Part shown: one piece after another, positions 40,701 through 50,600 of the stretch
Layout of the letters: each line of letters opens with the position of its first letter
How positions within the stretch are numbered: position 1 is the first letter of the stretch
NCBI GenBank assembly: GCA_051878715.1
Contig: JBJEKQ010000070.1
Span: 2,420-66,419 of the forward strand
Source of the DNA: Prevotella sp.
GTDB taxonomy: Bacteria > Bacteroidota > Bacteroidia > Bacteroidales > Bacteroidaceae
Length of the DNA: 64,000 nucleotides
Direction of reading: 5' to 3'
Translations under genes and position numbers: made by a program
Notes under the pieces: model-generated
Told to the model about the DNA's origin: nothing
The model's input: only the letters and a program-made list of their open reading frames with translations
Databases searched by the model: none

Positions 40701-41192
40701 GGAATTGGACACGATGTCCAGACCGGCAATCTCGCCCTGCAGGGCTTCGTCAGCAGAGGTGAACGAAAGACCCTCCACCGAACTCATGTCCATGGTCTGC
40801 TGCGCAGTGGCCACCTCTTTCTTCGACATCATCAAGCCACCGGTATTGCTGCGTTTTGACTTGATGGTCACCTCCTTCAGCATGGTGGATTCGGGTTCCA
40901 GCCTGATATTGAAAGAAGTCTGGTTACCAATAGTTACCACCTTGGTCTTGTCTCCTACATACGAGAACTTCAGTTTGTTCTTGGGACTCTTCACCTGCAT
41001 GGAGAAGTTTCCGTTGAAATCGGTTTGCGCTGCCGAAACGATACGGTTACCTGCATCCACCTCGACCACATTCGCCATCATCACGGGGCCATCGGCATCA
41101 GTCACCGTACCGGATATTCGTTTGGCTTGTGCCAGTACCACTTGCGTCATCACGCAACACAGTGCGGCAAACAAGATTCTTTTTATATTCAT
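37740..41192 (-). CDS. SusC/RagA-family TonB-dependent transporter
   Basis: N-terminal carboxypeptidase-regulatory-like domain, LRGVSTING..PLIVVD, AVWGSKGSNGVIKITTKRG, YVEDGSFLRFQN, C-terminal F. Confidence 0.95.
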   Translation of the reverse strand: MNIKRILFAALCCVMTQVVLAQAKRISGTVTDADGPVMMANVVEVDAGNRIVSAAQTDFNGNFSMQVKSPKNKLKFSYVGDKTKVVTIGNQTSFNIRLEPESTMLKEVTIKSKRSNTGGLMMSKKEVATAQQTMDMSSVEGLSFTSADEALQGEIAGLDIVSNSGNLGSGTSMRLRGVSTINGDDQPLIVVDDQIFDTPEDFDAANADEEKYASLLSVNVEDIASITVLKSAAAKAVWGSKGSNGVIKITTKRGARGKTKVNFSYKFSGTWAAKGYDLLNGDDYTMLMKEAFYNPQQQGNRTSTLSELNYLGDKWAESENWNNNTDWVDQVQQFGQKHDWSVNLSGGGQKARFRISAGYMHQTGTIIKQVFDRFTTRLALDFNVSDRILFTTNFALTYTNNQKNYKDPNNKLDLITIAQRLAPNMSVYRQDQYGNDTDEYFIMNPKGQDPMKPASTKFPTTGNYSSYDLGAVRDLGNPVAIANMAWAKEKTYRLTPDFNLKYELLGIEEGQHRLTFNGRVYFDIYANSSPSYLPAALSTNTWTSPGTYNVSDNTETNRFKVNGRVDLTYTPYFGSDDWNGQLMARYEMETQRYNDQYVKMLELPTGILSPTVSANLEDTNAKLSSSTSRRNSQNALFYGFLSYKERYSLNFNLRMDGTSRLGPAKKWLYSPSVSLRYNISEEPFMKSFEKWLSLLSLRAEWGVNYREPNKDYLFYNMYTTNSNSFPNVAYGQTSTSMPVAVLSALKLDDLTAEKSQEYNLGFNIGLLNNMFEVDFDYYYKKTTDLIMNNYNIPSMTGFASMSMKNCGTLVNKGWELNLNARNFIQKGKFSMSLGFNIAQNANELTEMDQTVLDGMNAPWDSGSALGTYVTRVKVGNALGSIYGFRYKGVYQYTYEYLENMRKENGWSDTEYEQYINQRLAEGATFPVVTDANGKVLMNRQTGKPMRMKFDYQDANTEKYVFQGGDAIYEDINHDGNINEQDIVYLGNSQPKVQGGFNLTLKYGNFSVKGRFVYRLGVKVINQARMNIEKMYDTYNQCASVNYRWRKDGDVTPMPRAMYNTAYNWCGSDRYVEDGSFLRFQNLQISYNFPKKMIKSLGLNQLQMYFSMNNLYCWTKYSGIDPEFSASMYNPAYDNKTPRSKEFTASINIGF

Positions 41193-41203
41193 GGTATTCT
41201 ATT

Positions 41204-44056
41204 TTAGAAGTTATTGTTTGCTTTGTAAATCTGATAAGCCCTCAACGCCTTGGCCATGGCTGCCGGTGACTTCCAGTTGCCGTCGTAACGGCCGGTGTCA
41301 CTATGGAAGTTCAAAGGAGTGTCGATACCATGTACCACACAGAATGAGGAAGTATTGATTGCAGTCTTATCCTTGTCGAACCAGTAGTCGCGTGCCATCA
41401 CGTTGCAGGGAATGCCACTGTTGGCATTCACCGTATGCTCAATGCCACTGTTGTCGGTCACCTTAATCTCGTCAAGACTGCCAGAAACACGGTTCACAAT
41501 GGCCACACCCGTCTCATCGGTGAGCAGAGAGGCATAGCGACCGCTTGCCTCGTCCACAAAGACTTTGTCAGCAAAGAGTGAAACATTTTGGAAGTGGTAG
41601 CGCACAAAGTCACGCAACTCTTTCACCTGCAGTTTGATTTTATTTTTCAGCACTTCCCTCTCAGAGTCACCCTCTTCCATGCCCTCCAGCACTTCATAGT
41701 CGGCCTCCACCTCAGTAGTTCTGGGCAGACCCATTTCATAGGCTTTGTTCATGGCTGTATTGGTAGGTGCGTAGAGGGTATAGTTATAGGTGTTGAACAT
41801 CTTTACATTCTGATCTACGCAGGCATTGGTAATTTTGGAAGAGCCCGTACCATAAGTGCTTGTGAACACGATATAGCCGTCTTGCTCACTTACGCCCAAT
41901 GAACTGGGAGAACTTGAAATGCCCACCGCATCCATCAAAGTAGTAGAACTGCTCAACCAGTTGCACAGCTCAAAGAAATCACTGAACACCTCATAATTGG
42001 ACAATGTCTTATACACACTGTTGCGCGGAGCCTCTATCACTTGATTCAAGCGGTAGGAGATACCGTTGCGCTGGTTATATACACTGAGGATTTCCGACTT
42101 TGCCTGTCCGTTGTCAATCTGGGCGCCACTGGAAATCTTGCCTCCCACACTTGTACCTTCCACCATGATGGCACCACCGTGCTTGGTCTTGTAGTACTTG
42201 CGTGCGCCAAGGGTTTCACCGGCATCAAGCACCACGGTGTGCATGTTCAGAATGTCGATAATATGCGACTTCACGCTGGTGCTACTGCTCACCTTGCTGA
42301 GGAAGTCTCCGACAGTGTTCGTCTTCAGGTCATACTTGTAACGATACACATTGAATTCGTCTTTCTTGTTTCTCTCGTTCCACTCCACTCTGAACGCCAA
42401 GGCTTCGGGCTGTGCTTTGGCGAGCGTGGTGGGATCTACATAGTAGTGCTGTGAGAAAGCGGAGTCTTCAGGAATGAAGAACGCATAGTTGGCTGCCATA
42501 GCCAGCAGATAGTACTTGAAGTCACAACCATCCTGTGAGTTGCTTGCCTGAATCATGTGGTCCATCACGCGCAGGTCCTTATAGGTGGATGCAGGTGCAA
42601 GCACAGCACTGAATTCATCAGGCGCCAGCATGGTGTTGAGTTTGTACATCACGGCATTGTTGGCAAACTTCACGTCGTAAGTACCATCGCTCTTGGTCTG
42701 GAGTTTGTCAACGGTCATTCCAAGGTTCTCACCGGCATCATTGGTCAGCAGACTGAACTTGCTGGGCACAGAACCGGCAAAAGAGATGTTCTGCATGTTG
42801 GCAAGAAACTTGGAGATGATATCAGGACGCTCTGCAAAGAGGGAGTCAATGTTCTGGGCAAGGTTGTCCGCGGTCACCGGCTTGTGCTTGGCATAGATGT
42901 CCATCAGATAGGCACCGTCGCCACCGATGAAGAAATCCTGCACCGCCTTATCCACAGGTACAAACATGGCACCGAGGTCTTTCAATGAGTTGTCACCACC
43001 GCTGGTAGAAGCCACCTGATAGGCGTTCCATCCCGGATCGAACTTCAGCAATGCACTGAAAGGCTGCTTGTCGGGATCAACACTCAACTCCCCTGTCTGT
43101 GAGTACTTACTGAAATAGCGTTTCTCGAAGATAGAGTCGATGGCAGGTTTGCCATACTGTATGGCGGCAGCGTTGTATTGCTGTGTCACAGCATTGTTGT
43201 AGAATGGAGCAGAGAAATACTCAAGCATGCGGCTGATGAGAGAGGTTTCTGCGTCTTTCTTGACCTCCTGTGCCAGGTTGCCCGGAGGCAGCAGCACATC
43301 ACGCACCTGGTGGATATAGCCGTTCTGGCAGGTCATACCATCGGAATAGCTGCCCTTGGTGATGACAGGATTATTGAAGATATAGGTGGCGCCTGAGGTG
43401 TAGGGCTCGCCGGTGAGCACCTGAAAATCACTTCCATCGCCCTGCATGGTAATGGCATTGCTTACCATGTACTCGCGGGTGAGGTGCACCATCATAGGTG
43501 TAGTGGCATCACACACCAAATCAATGCCCTTGGAAAAATACTTCTGCCAATAGCGGTTGTTCACAGGCATACCTGCAGCACTATAGATGTGACTGATGGA
43601 GTCGGTCACATCCACACGGGTACTGTGCTTGAGTGCTACACCCTTGACAATGGAGCCATTGCTGTTAGTGTTGGACAACATGTTGACCAACATGGCATTC
43701 TCGAGCAATGAAGAGTTGAGCAAGAGATTCTTTTGTGCTTGCGTCAAGTCTTCATACGTACTGACACCCCACTCGTTGTTTTGGAAGAAGCGCTGGAAAG
43801 CCTCGTCGTTGGCAGGAAACACGGTAATACTACCTGTTCTGTTAAACAAGTCGGTCTGTCCCAGATCGTCAATCAGCCGCAGATAGTAACTGAACGACCC
43901 GGTAAGAGCATCTTGCTTGGGATTCTGCAACTCTGAATAGATGCTGCCTCCAAGCCATTCCGGCTTTGACTTTGCATCCACTTCTTCATTCTTGTCAACA
44001 CAAGAAGTCATCCACCCTGTTAGTAGGAGTGAGACACAGAAAAAGAGTTTCTTCAT
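41204..44056 (-). CDS. Large multi-fasciclin surface lipoprotein (first gene of the SusCD operon)
   Basis: Lipobox MTSC-VDKNEE, ITVFPANDEAF, CQNGYIHQV, YTLYAPTN, RYHFQ, VVHGID FAS1 motifs. Confidence 0.85.
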   Translation of the reverse strand: MKKLFFCVSLLLTGWMTSCVDKNEEVDAKSKPEWLGGSIYSELQNPKQDALTGSFSYYLRLIDDLGQTDLFNRTGSITVFPANDEAFQRFFQNNEWGVSTYEDLTQAQKNLLLNSSLLENAMLVNMLSNTNSNGSIVKGVALKHSTRVDVTDSISHIYSAAGMPVNNRYWQKYFSKGIDLVCDATTPMMVHLTREYMVSNAITMQGDGSDFQVLTGEPYTSGATYIFNNPVITKGSYSDGMTCQNGYIHQVRDVLLPPGNLAQEVKKDAETSLISRMLEYFSAPFYNNAVTQQYNAAAIQYGKPAIDSIFEKRYFSKYSQTGELSVDPDKQPFSALLKFDPGWNAYQVASTSGGDNSLKDLGAMFVPVDKAVQDFFIGGDGAYLMDIYAKHKPVTADNLAQNIDSLFAERPDIISKFLANMQNISFAGSVPSKFSLLTNDAGENLGMTVDKLQTKSDGTYDVKFANNAVMYKLNTMLAPDEFSAVLAPASTYKDLRVMDHMIQASNSQDGCDFKYYLLAMAANYAFFIPEDSAFSQHYYVDPTTLAKAQPEALAFRVEWNERNKKDEFNVYRYKYDLKTNTVGDFLSKVSSSTSVKSHIIDILNMHTVVLDAGETLGARKYYKTKHGGAIMVEGTSVGGKISSGAQIDNGQAKSEILSVYNQRNGISYRLNQVIEAPRNSVYKTLSNYEVFSDFFELCNWLSSSTTLMDAVGISSSPSSLGVSEQDGYIVFTSTYGTGSSKITNACVDQNVKMFNTYNYTLYAPTNTAMNKAYEMGLPRTTEVEADYEVLEGMEEGDSEREVLKNKIKLQVKELRDFVRYHFQNVSLFADKVFVDEASGRYASLLTDETGVAIVNRVSGSLDEIKVTDNSGIEHTVNANSGIPCNVMARDYWFDKDKTAINTSSFCVVHGIDTPLNFHSDTGRYDGNWKSPAAMAKALRAYQIYKANNNF

Positions 44057-44211
44057 AGATTATTTATAGTTAGAAATATTTAACTTTATTGATTTTTTCG
44101 AGTATATTCATAGTTCACCTTGCAAAATAACAAAAAATAATCAAATTATGAAAATTTTTCCCCCATGAAATTATGCTCTCACACTTGTTTTTTTGACAAG
44201 ATTCACTGGAG

Positions 44212-44246
44212 TGAAGAATGAAAAATGAAGAATGAAGAATGAAATT
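44212..44246. repeat. 7-bp tandem repeat TGAAGAA, 5 degenerate copies
   Basis: TGAAGAA TGAAAAA TGAAGAA TGAAGAA TGAAATT. Confidence 0.75.
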
Positions 44247-44272
44247 GTGGGCATTCTCCGAAAATGCTTTTG

Positions 44273-44322
44273 AAAAAATGGGTCAGTCCGAAAAGACGGT
44301 TGCGTATCTTCCGGACTGACCC
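44273..44322 (-). terminator. Intrinsic terminator downstream of the 973-aa gene
   Basis: GGGTCAGTCCG...CGGACTGACCC 11-bp stem followed by AUUUUUU on the minus strand. Confidence 0.75.
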
Positions 44323-44344
44323 GTTATGACAGCCTGTGTTTTAA

Positions 44345-44410
44345 AACGCAGGTATCTGCGATGGGCAACGCAGGTACCTTCATGAGCCAACGCAGGTATC
44401 TGCTACCGGC
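44345..44410. repeat. Three 22-bp direct repeats with core AACGCAGGTA
   Basis: Cores start at 44345, 44367 and 44389. Units AACGCAGGTATCTGCGATGGGC / AACGCAGGTACCTTCATGAGCC / AACGCAGGTATCTGCTACCGGC. Confidence 0.8.
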
Positions 44411-44442
44411 TTTTCGACTGACTCTAAAAATCGGGTAAATCG

Positions 44443-44476
44443 AAAGGGAGCGCAACCGATGCGATTGCGCTCCCTT
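44443..44476 (-). terminator. Stem-loop immediately after the 973-aa gene
   Basis: AAGGGAGCGCAA-9 nt-TTGCGCTCCCTT 12-bp stem with a short U-tract. Confidence 0.7.
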
Positions 44477-44501
44477 GGGATGATGATATTGATGTGACTG
44501 A

Positions 44502-47423
44502 TTACTTCACCACATACTTCTTGTTGTTGAAGATGTAAAGACCAGCGGGCAAATTGTTCAAGCCCTGGATGCTGTTAGCCACCTTCACGCCATTGAGGTT
44601 ATATACACCTTTGGCGATGTTCATCTTCACCACATCACTATTTACAGTGTTAATGCCGGTGATAACACCGCTGAGCTGCTCTGCCAATTCAGCCACGAAG
44701 AAGGTAGCATTAACCAAAGCAGTGAGTTCCTTGGCATTGGTAGCACCGTTGAGTTCCTTGGCAGAAGCCAAACGACGGGCGAGACGGCTTGCGATGTTAG
44801 GCATACCAGCCTGGTCAGCATTAGCCACGCCTCCGTTTACATAACTGTCGAGGAGAGCCTGAGCCTCAGCCTGAACCACCTGGCATGACTTATTGATATC
44901 TGCAATAGCGGTAGCTGCATCACCATAGTACTCTACTTCGGCATCGCCCATTGCGAAGGCGTTGGCACCCTTTCCGTCAACCTGACCGTGCGAGCACAGA
45001 CCGAACTCAACAGCCTCTTCACCTTCGGCAGCCTTATTGTAGAACACAACATAGGCACCTGCCATGTAACCATTGACATTGGTCTTGCTGGTAGGCCATT
45101 CTACCAAGCGGCTCCATACATAGGTTGAGTCGGGAGCACCTGCAGGACCGAACATAAGTTTCACCTGAGAATTGCTGAACAGGGTATCAGCCACTTCATC
45201 CTTCGTGGTAATAACCATCGGACCACCCTCGGAAGCCTCTACGAAACTGTAAGCAGTATATTCATTGAAAGCGTATGCATTGGCATTGAACGCATAGAGT
45301 CCTGCGTTGCTCACATTTACTTCCTGCTTCAACTGAGACTGAGGAGAAGCGGTCTGACCACGCCATACACGAGCCTTGTTTCCACTCTCGAAGCCCTCTG
45401 CCTGCTTGCCTGTTTCTACCTTGAATGCCTCTGAAGAAGAATTAACGTAGGTAGAGGTCCATCCGGTAAGACTGCTTGAGAAGTCACCGTTAGTGATGGC
45501 GATTTCGATAGGCTTTTCAAAGCTTACGTTGCCCATCATGAACTTCTCACGTGTAGCATTCAGATTTGCCAGCAGTTCCTGATAAACCAGGATTTCAGCC
45601 TGAATGGTAGCATCGTCGTCGAGTGTGCTGTAAGTAGCCAAACGGTTCTTGGCGTCGTTGATGGCAGTTTCATAGTTGGTTCTGGGAGCACCTGTAATCA
45701 CCGCGTAGTCCTCAGAAGCAATCAGAGCCTCATGTTCGGGCAGTGCAGCCTGCAATGCAAGTACAGACTCACAGTAGCCATACACATTCTGGAAGCCCTT
45801 GCGAACCTGCTTCATGGCATTGTCGAGTTCAGTGGGCAGATTTGCGTCTGTAGCATCATCTACAGCCACCTCATTGCCATCTGCATCCACCTTAAGAAGA
45901 GAAGCCTGATAGATAGCATCCACTGCCTTGATAGAGTCGTTGAGCTGAGCCATACCCCACTTGTAGATGTCGGTCTTAGTAGCCACCACCTTGGCGCTGT
46001 CAAGCATCACCTTGAGGGAATTCTGTGCGGTAGCAATCTTTGCAATGAGATTCAGGTGGTCGAGGTCTGCCTTAGAAAGACCCACCTTGCGGATGTCGAA
46101 ATGAGTAAACTCAAGCTGTCCACCCCACAGTTTGCCTACCTGTTCTGCTGCCAAAGTGAAGTCCCAACCGAACTTATTCTCAGTGGACCCTTCGGGCACG
46201 TCATAGAACATGTAGAATGTACGGTAGCGCTGTGTGGGCACAGAGTCGAGAACCAGTCTCTGGTCACCGCCGAAGAGAGCGATTTCACTTACATTGTAAT
46301 TCACATTGGGATGATAGTTATAACCGTTAGTGCTACGCTTGCTAATCATGGTATAGCCCTTCACATCCATTTTGATAAGGTACTTGCCAGGACCAAACAC
46401 ACCGACAGCCTCCTTGGTCACAGTACCGCTGGCAGCAGGAAGGTCAAAGCCACCACCAATCTGGTGCTCGATACGAGCCTTATCCTCGTCTTCATAAACA
46501 TTGTTGCAGTGGAAAATACGTCCGCCAGTGAACACCCAGTCACCAATCTGTGTGGCCTTCTGGTACTTGGTACTGTTGTACCAGTGAGTGAATGCAGAAA
46601 CGATGGAAGCAGCGTTGGCATCAAGATAGGCTTCAATGGTCTCATCGATGTAATCCAAGCACAACTGCATGTCATCAGGGCTATCAGGATCTCCATACTC
46701 TCCACTAAGATAACCTTCAATTAAAGGCATATTCTGATCCAGAATTTCCTTTCCGTTGGTGAAGTTACCGCTATTAATCAGTCCGTTCAGGTAATCCAAC
46801 TTGTTGGTCGCCAAACGGTCATCAAAAACCTCCTCACACTTGTTGATGGAGATATTGGCAAAACGGGTGCCTTCTGCCACACGGTCAAAATACATCACCA
46901 GATAATCGTCTGCATTGAGCAGCACAGTGTCGTTGATAACAGTCCACTCTTCACCGAAGCCGCCACCGTCGCTCACCTGACGCCCCACTGTGGCACGGGT
47001 ACCGTCCTGGTTTACGAAGAAGCCATAATAGCCGGCATCTCCCTTCACGTCGCCAATCACGCTCAGGGCAGGACCGCACACCATATAGGAGATAACGTAA
47101 AGACCGCCACCATTGAGGTCACCGTCCACTTTCCACACACGCGACAGTTCATAACCCGAGGCTGACTTGTTGCACTGCAGCACATTCTCTTGGTTAGGAC
47201 CTGCTGCCTCCACGATTTCCCAAGCCTCGTTGCTCACAGCACCGCCATCGGTACCGTTGTCAAAGCCCGCAAACGCGTTGGTAAAATCACCATTGGTCAC
47301 TGCATTGGGAGCAGTGGTCTTCACCTTGGCAAGGTTTGTATAGACATACTGATCCTTGTCGTATGCAGAAGCACCGACAAAAGAAGCCATTGCCAAGAGT
47401 GATAAAAGTACTCTTTTCTTCAT
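44502..47423 (-). CDS. Uncharacterised large secreted protein with CBM-like modules, helical linkers and a T9SS-type C-terminal domain
   Basis: Signal peptide, two xTNGDF starts (VTNGDFTNAF, ITNGDFSSSLTGW), Ala/Leu-rich helical segments, C-terminal ITGINTV...VYNLNGVKV...LPAGLYIFNNKKYVVK. Confidence 0.8.
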   Translation of the reverse strand: MKKRVLLSLLAMASFVGASAYDKDQYVYTNLAKVKTTAPNAVTNGDFTNAFAGFDNGTDGGAVSNEAWEIVEAAGPNQENVLQCNKSASGYELSRVWKVDGDLNGGGLYVISYMVCGPALSVIGDVKGDAGYYGFFVNQDGTRATVGRQVSDGGGFGEEWTVINDTVLLNADDYLVMYFDRVAEGTRFANISINKCEEVFDDRLATNKLDYLNGLINSGNFTNGKEILDQNMPLIEGYLSGEYGDPDSPDDMQLCLDYIDETIEAYLDANAASIVSAFTHWYNSTKYQKATQIGDWVFTGGRIFHCNNVYEDEDKARIEHQIGGGFDLPAASGTVTKEAVGVFGPGKYLIKMDVKGYTMISKRSTNGYNYHPNVNYNVSEIALFGGDQRLVLDSVPTQRYRTFYMFYDVPEGSTENKFGWDFTLAAEQVGKLWGGQLEFTHFDIRKVGLSKADLDHLNLIAKIATAQNSLKVMLDSAKVVATKTDIYKWGMAQLNDSIKAVDAIYQASLLKVDADGNEVAVDDATDANLPTELDNAMKQVRKGFQNVYGYCESVLALQAALPEHEALIASEDYAVITGAPRTNYETAINDAKNRLATYSTLDDDATIQAEILVYQELLANLNATREKFMMGNVSFEKPIEIAITNGDFSSSLTGWTSTYVNSSSEAFKVETGKQAEGFESGNKARVWRGQTASPQSQLKQEVNVSNAGLYAFNANAYAFNEYTAYSFVEASEGGPMVITTKDEVADTLFSNSQVKLMFGPAGAPDSTYVWSRLVEWPTSKTNVNGYMAGAYVVFYNKAAEGEEAVEFGLCSHGQVDGKGANAFAMGDAEVEYYGDAATAIADINKSCQVVQAEAQALLDSYVNGGVANADQAGMPNIASRLARRLASAKELNGATNAKELTALVNATFFVAELAEQLSGVITGINTVNSDVVKMNIAKGVYNLNGVKVANSIQGLNNLPAGLYIFNNKKYVVK

Positions 47424-47564
47424 GTTTTAAAGGATTTGTTATTGTTGTTAGTTAATAATTAAGTAAAGTCAAGGGAATGTATAGTTAGATAACTGCGCAA
47501 AGGTAACTTGAAACAGCTGATTTAAACCCTAATTTTTGATAAAAGACCTATAAAAACAGGAAAA

Positions 47565-47598
47565 TTCCACCGCAGAATGAGTACATCCTACGGTGGAA
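47565..47598 (-). terminator. Probable terminator hairpin after the large PL11 gene
   Basis: TTCCACCG...CGGTGGAA stem followed by UUUUCC on the minus strand. Confidence 0.6.
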
Positions 47599-47605
47599 AC
47601 AGCTA

Positions 47606-50600
47606 TTATCTAATCACTTTTTTCACCTCCATACGGCTGCCTGCCACCATTCTGACAATCAGCGTACGGGTATCGGAAGAAATGCCCTGCAAGTAATCTT
47701 CTACCTTGTTCATGGGAGCTGCAAACTGCGCCACTTTCTGTCCGTTGGTGGTATATACCTCGCACTGCACGGTGGCATCGGAAGCGATGGCACTGATACC
47801 CGAACCAGTTACCACCTTCAGTACACCGGTTGCTGCAAGCAGTTCGGAGGTGTCCCATGCGAGGTTGTCAGGCAATATGGGCAGGTCGAACGTGGGTGTA
47901 CCGCTGAACGAGCTGCTTGCTTCCCACAGGGTGAAGCTGTCACCTGCCGCAGGCGTATATCCCTCTGCCAAAGTCACCTTGAGGATACCTTTTACGGATA
48001 CCCACTTACCCTGCAGTTTGGACTGTTTGGAGGCGGAGAGCAGCATATCGAGCGTGGCACCCTCGTTCACGGCAATTGTGCCCGTGGCAATGATGGTACC
48101 AGGAGAGGTTTCCAAAAGAGTGGCACGCGGTTTCAGCGTACTGCCGCTGTTGGCGGTGATGGAGGTAAGGTATGCCTGTCCCAACAGCACGGAAGAACCG
48201 TTGGCCGTGATGGGTTTGGTGTCGTTGAACAATGACCCCGTGGTAAGTCCGCTGAAATAGAAACCTCCCTCTTCCACGATGATGGAGCCTGTAATCTTGC
48301 CTGCCGTCACCACACGCATGATGCCTGTACCCCTCTTGATGATGCTGCTGGTGCAAGGAGTGGTCATGGAGAAGTCTTCACCGTTGGTACCGAAGATATA
48401 GGAACCGCTGCCCGCCAAAGTGCCGCTACCCGTCACCTTGCCCACGGGGAAGTTCTTGCCGTTGTTGTCAACAGTGACTCCGCTGTTCATCTTGAGAGTG
48501 GCATTGGGCAAACCGTAGGTATTGTTGAAATAGAACACGGGGTCGTAGCTGGTGCCGCGCTTCTGCACGCCCGGCACCACCGTACCCTCAAAAGCACTCC
48601 AGTTACCGTTGAGGTAATTGCGAACCCCCGCTGCATAGACATTCAGCGTACCGGCACCTGTCAACGTGCCCGTATAGTTACAACGGGAGTCAAGATAGAA
48701 CGATGCCGTAGAACCCTCTGGCACCACAAAGTTGGCCTTGTTGGTGGTATAGGTATATTCGTTAGAGGGGTCATAGAGCGAACCTCCCTGCAGTTCTACG
48801 GTGGCAGGCAGAGCTGTCACGTCGCCACTTTCTGAAGCATTGACAACACCGCTCTTGATGATGAGTTTGGAGATGGTGTTGCCCGTACCAAGGGTGAGCG
48901 AACCGCCGCCCGTCTTGGTAAGAACGGTGTTGCTGCCTCCTGCCAGTACGCCCTTGTTGAGTGTAGCGGCATCAGAAGACGGCACCTCAATGGTTGCATT
49001 ACCCTGCGATACAGTGATGGTCTGGTCGGTCACCAGTCCTCCACCCAGTGCCAGGGTAGTTCCATCGGCGAGGTTGATACGGGTGTTCACACCGCCCAAT
49101 GCACCCCAATCGGTACCTTGGTTGTTGGCAAGAATGTTCACACCCAGTTTTCCGGCATTGACGTTCACCTTGCCAAAATGGTTCACGCTGTTCACGGTGA
49201 GCAAGCCGGTGCCCTGCTTGTTGAGAGTCACACCACCAATGATGCTGTCACCGCTCAGTGTGAAGTTCTTGCTACTGTTGTCGAAGGTGATGGAAGCGGG
49301 AGCCACATTGCCCTCTACCAGAATGTCGGTCACGGTGGCATCATCGTTGAACAGCACCGTGGATCCGGGCACAAACACTACGGAAGAGGTGCCTGACTCA
49401 TCGGTGAAGTTAGCTGTATTGTCTGAGTTCCACACGTTGCTCACCCCACCCTGCCATGTCAGGTTGGCTGCCTCGTAGTCAGTAATCACGATGTATAGTT
49501 TGCCGTCTTCATATACCAAAGCACTCTTCTGGAAGGTCAGTCCTTCGAGGATGATGTTTTCTATACTGCCTTCTATCTTGCCCACCTCACCGATAAAGTA
49601 CTTGCCAGCGGTGAGTTTGTTGGAATCTGCCGCATTGTGTGCCACCAAGGTGATGACGGGGACATCGTATTGCGGACCATCGTTCCACACCTTCTTTTCT
49701 ATCTTCAGCACGTTGGCATTGATCTTGTCTGCCTGTAATCCGTCAGAGAAAAGGTCTATCTCCACGCGGGAGCCGAAGCCCAGGATGAGCGAGTCGGCAG
49801 TGATACTGCCTGCTGCGGTGGCAGAACCCAGTTGGATGGTAGCATTGTAGTCTGCCTGCACCGCTTTTTTGAACACACCGCTACTGGTGAGCAGTGTGGT
49901 GTGCCTGTTGAGCCACACACGGCTGCCCTGCATGGTGCCGTCAAACTGCAACGTGCCTGCCCACACGTCGGTATTGCCTGTGTAGGTCTGCGTCACGGCA
50001 GGCAGTACCAGGATTCCGTCGCCCTGCTTCACCAGACGCATGGTTCCGCCAAAAGCCCCCCCTGTGAGGGTGTGGGTATAGTACATATAATTTATGGTAG
50101 GATTCTTTCCGCTGGCACCGTTCACATCCGTGCCCTGCACCCATGAAGGTGCGTTGTCGAAGAAGATATAGGGAGCAGCGCCATCTGCCACACTGATGGT
50201 CATGTTGCCCGTCTCGCAGGCTATCAGAGCCTTGTCGTTGAGTGCGGCGGTAATGCTGCCGTTGTTTGCCACCTCAGTGCGTCCCTGCATGGTGAGTGCG
50301 GGAGGTGCCATAGTGATACCCTCCAGTTCACCCAGGAAATAGCTCACGTTGGGTGCCTGGTTATAGCCGTTCATCTGCCATACGATAGCGTTACGGTACT
50401 GATGGTCATGCCACAAGGTGTAGTTGCGCCAAGGGGTTTCGGTGGTAGTGGTATAGATACGCACATTGTTGTCGGCGGTGCGCATCATCACCTCCTCACG
50501 CCAGTCACCGAAAAGGTCGGCCTGCAGGCAGGGGGTTCCCTTGGTGTCGTTGTTGGTCATGGAACCGGAGAAAGTGGCAATGGCTCCCTTACCATATTTA

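Noticed and set aside
44345-44410. Possible CRISPR-like repeat-spacer array
   Set aside because: The 10-bp core and 12-nt variable part are far too short, with only three units and no cas genes.
47551-47562. TAAAAACAGGAA shared with 52220-52231 as a common regulator site
   Set aside because: A-rich 12-mer at different distances from the respective -7 boxes. Chance cannot be excluded.
47606-47900. Classical autotransporter call for the large PL11 protein
   Set aside because: No ~300-aa C-terminal beta-barrel or terminal aromatic residue. The end resembles a T9SS CTD.
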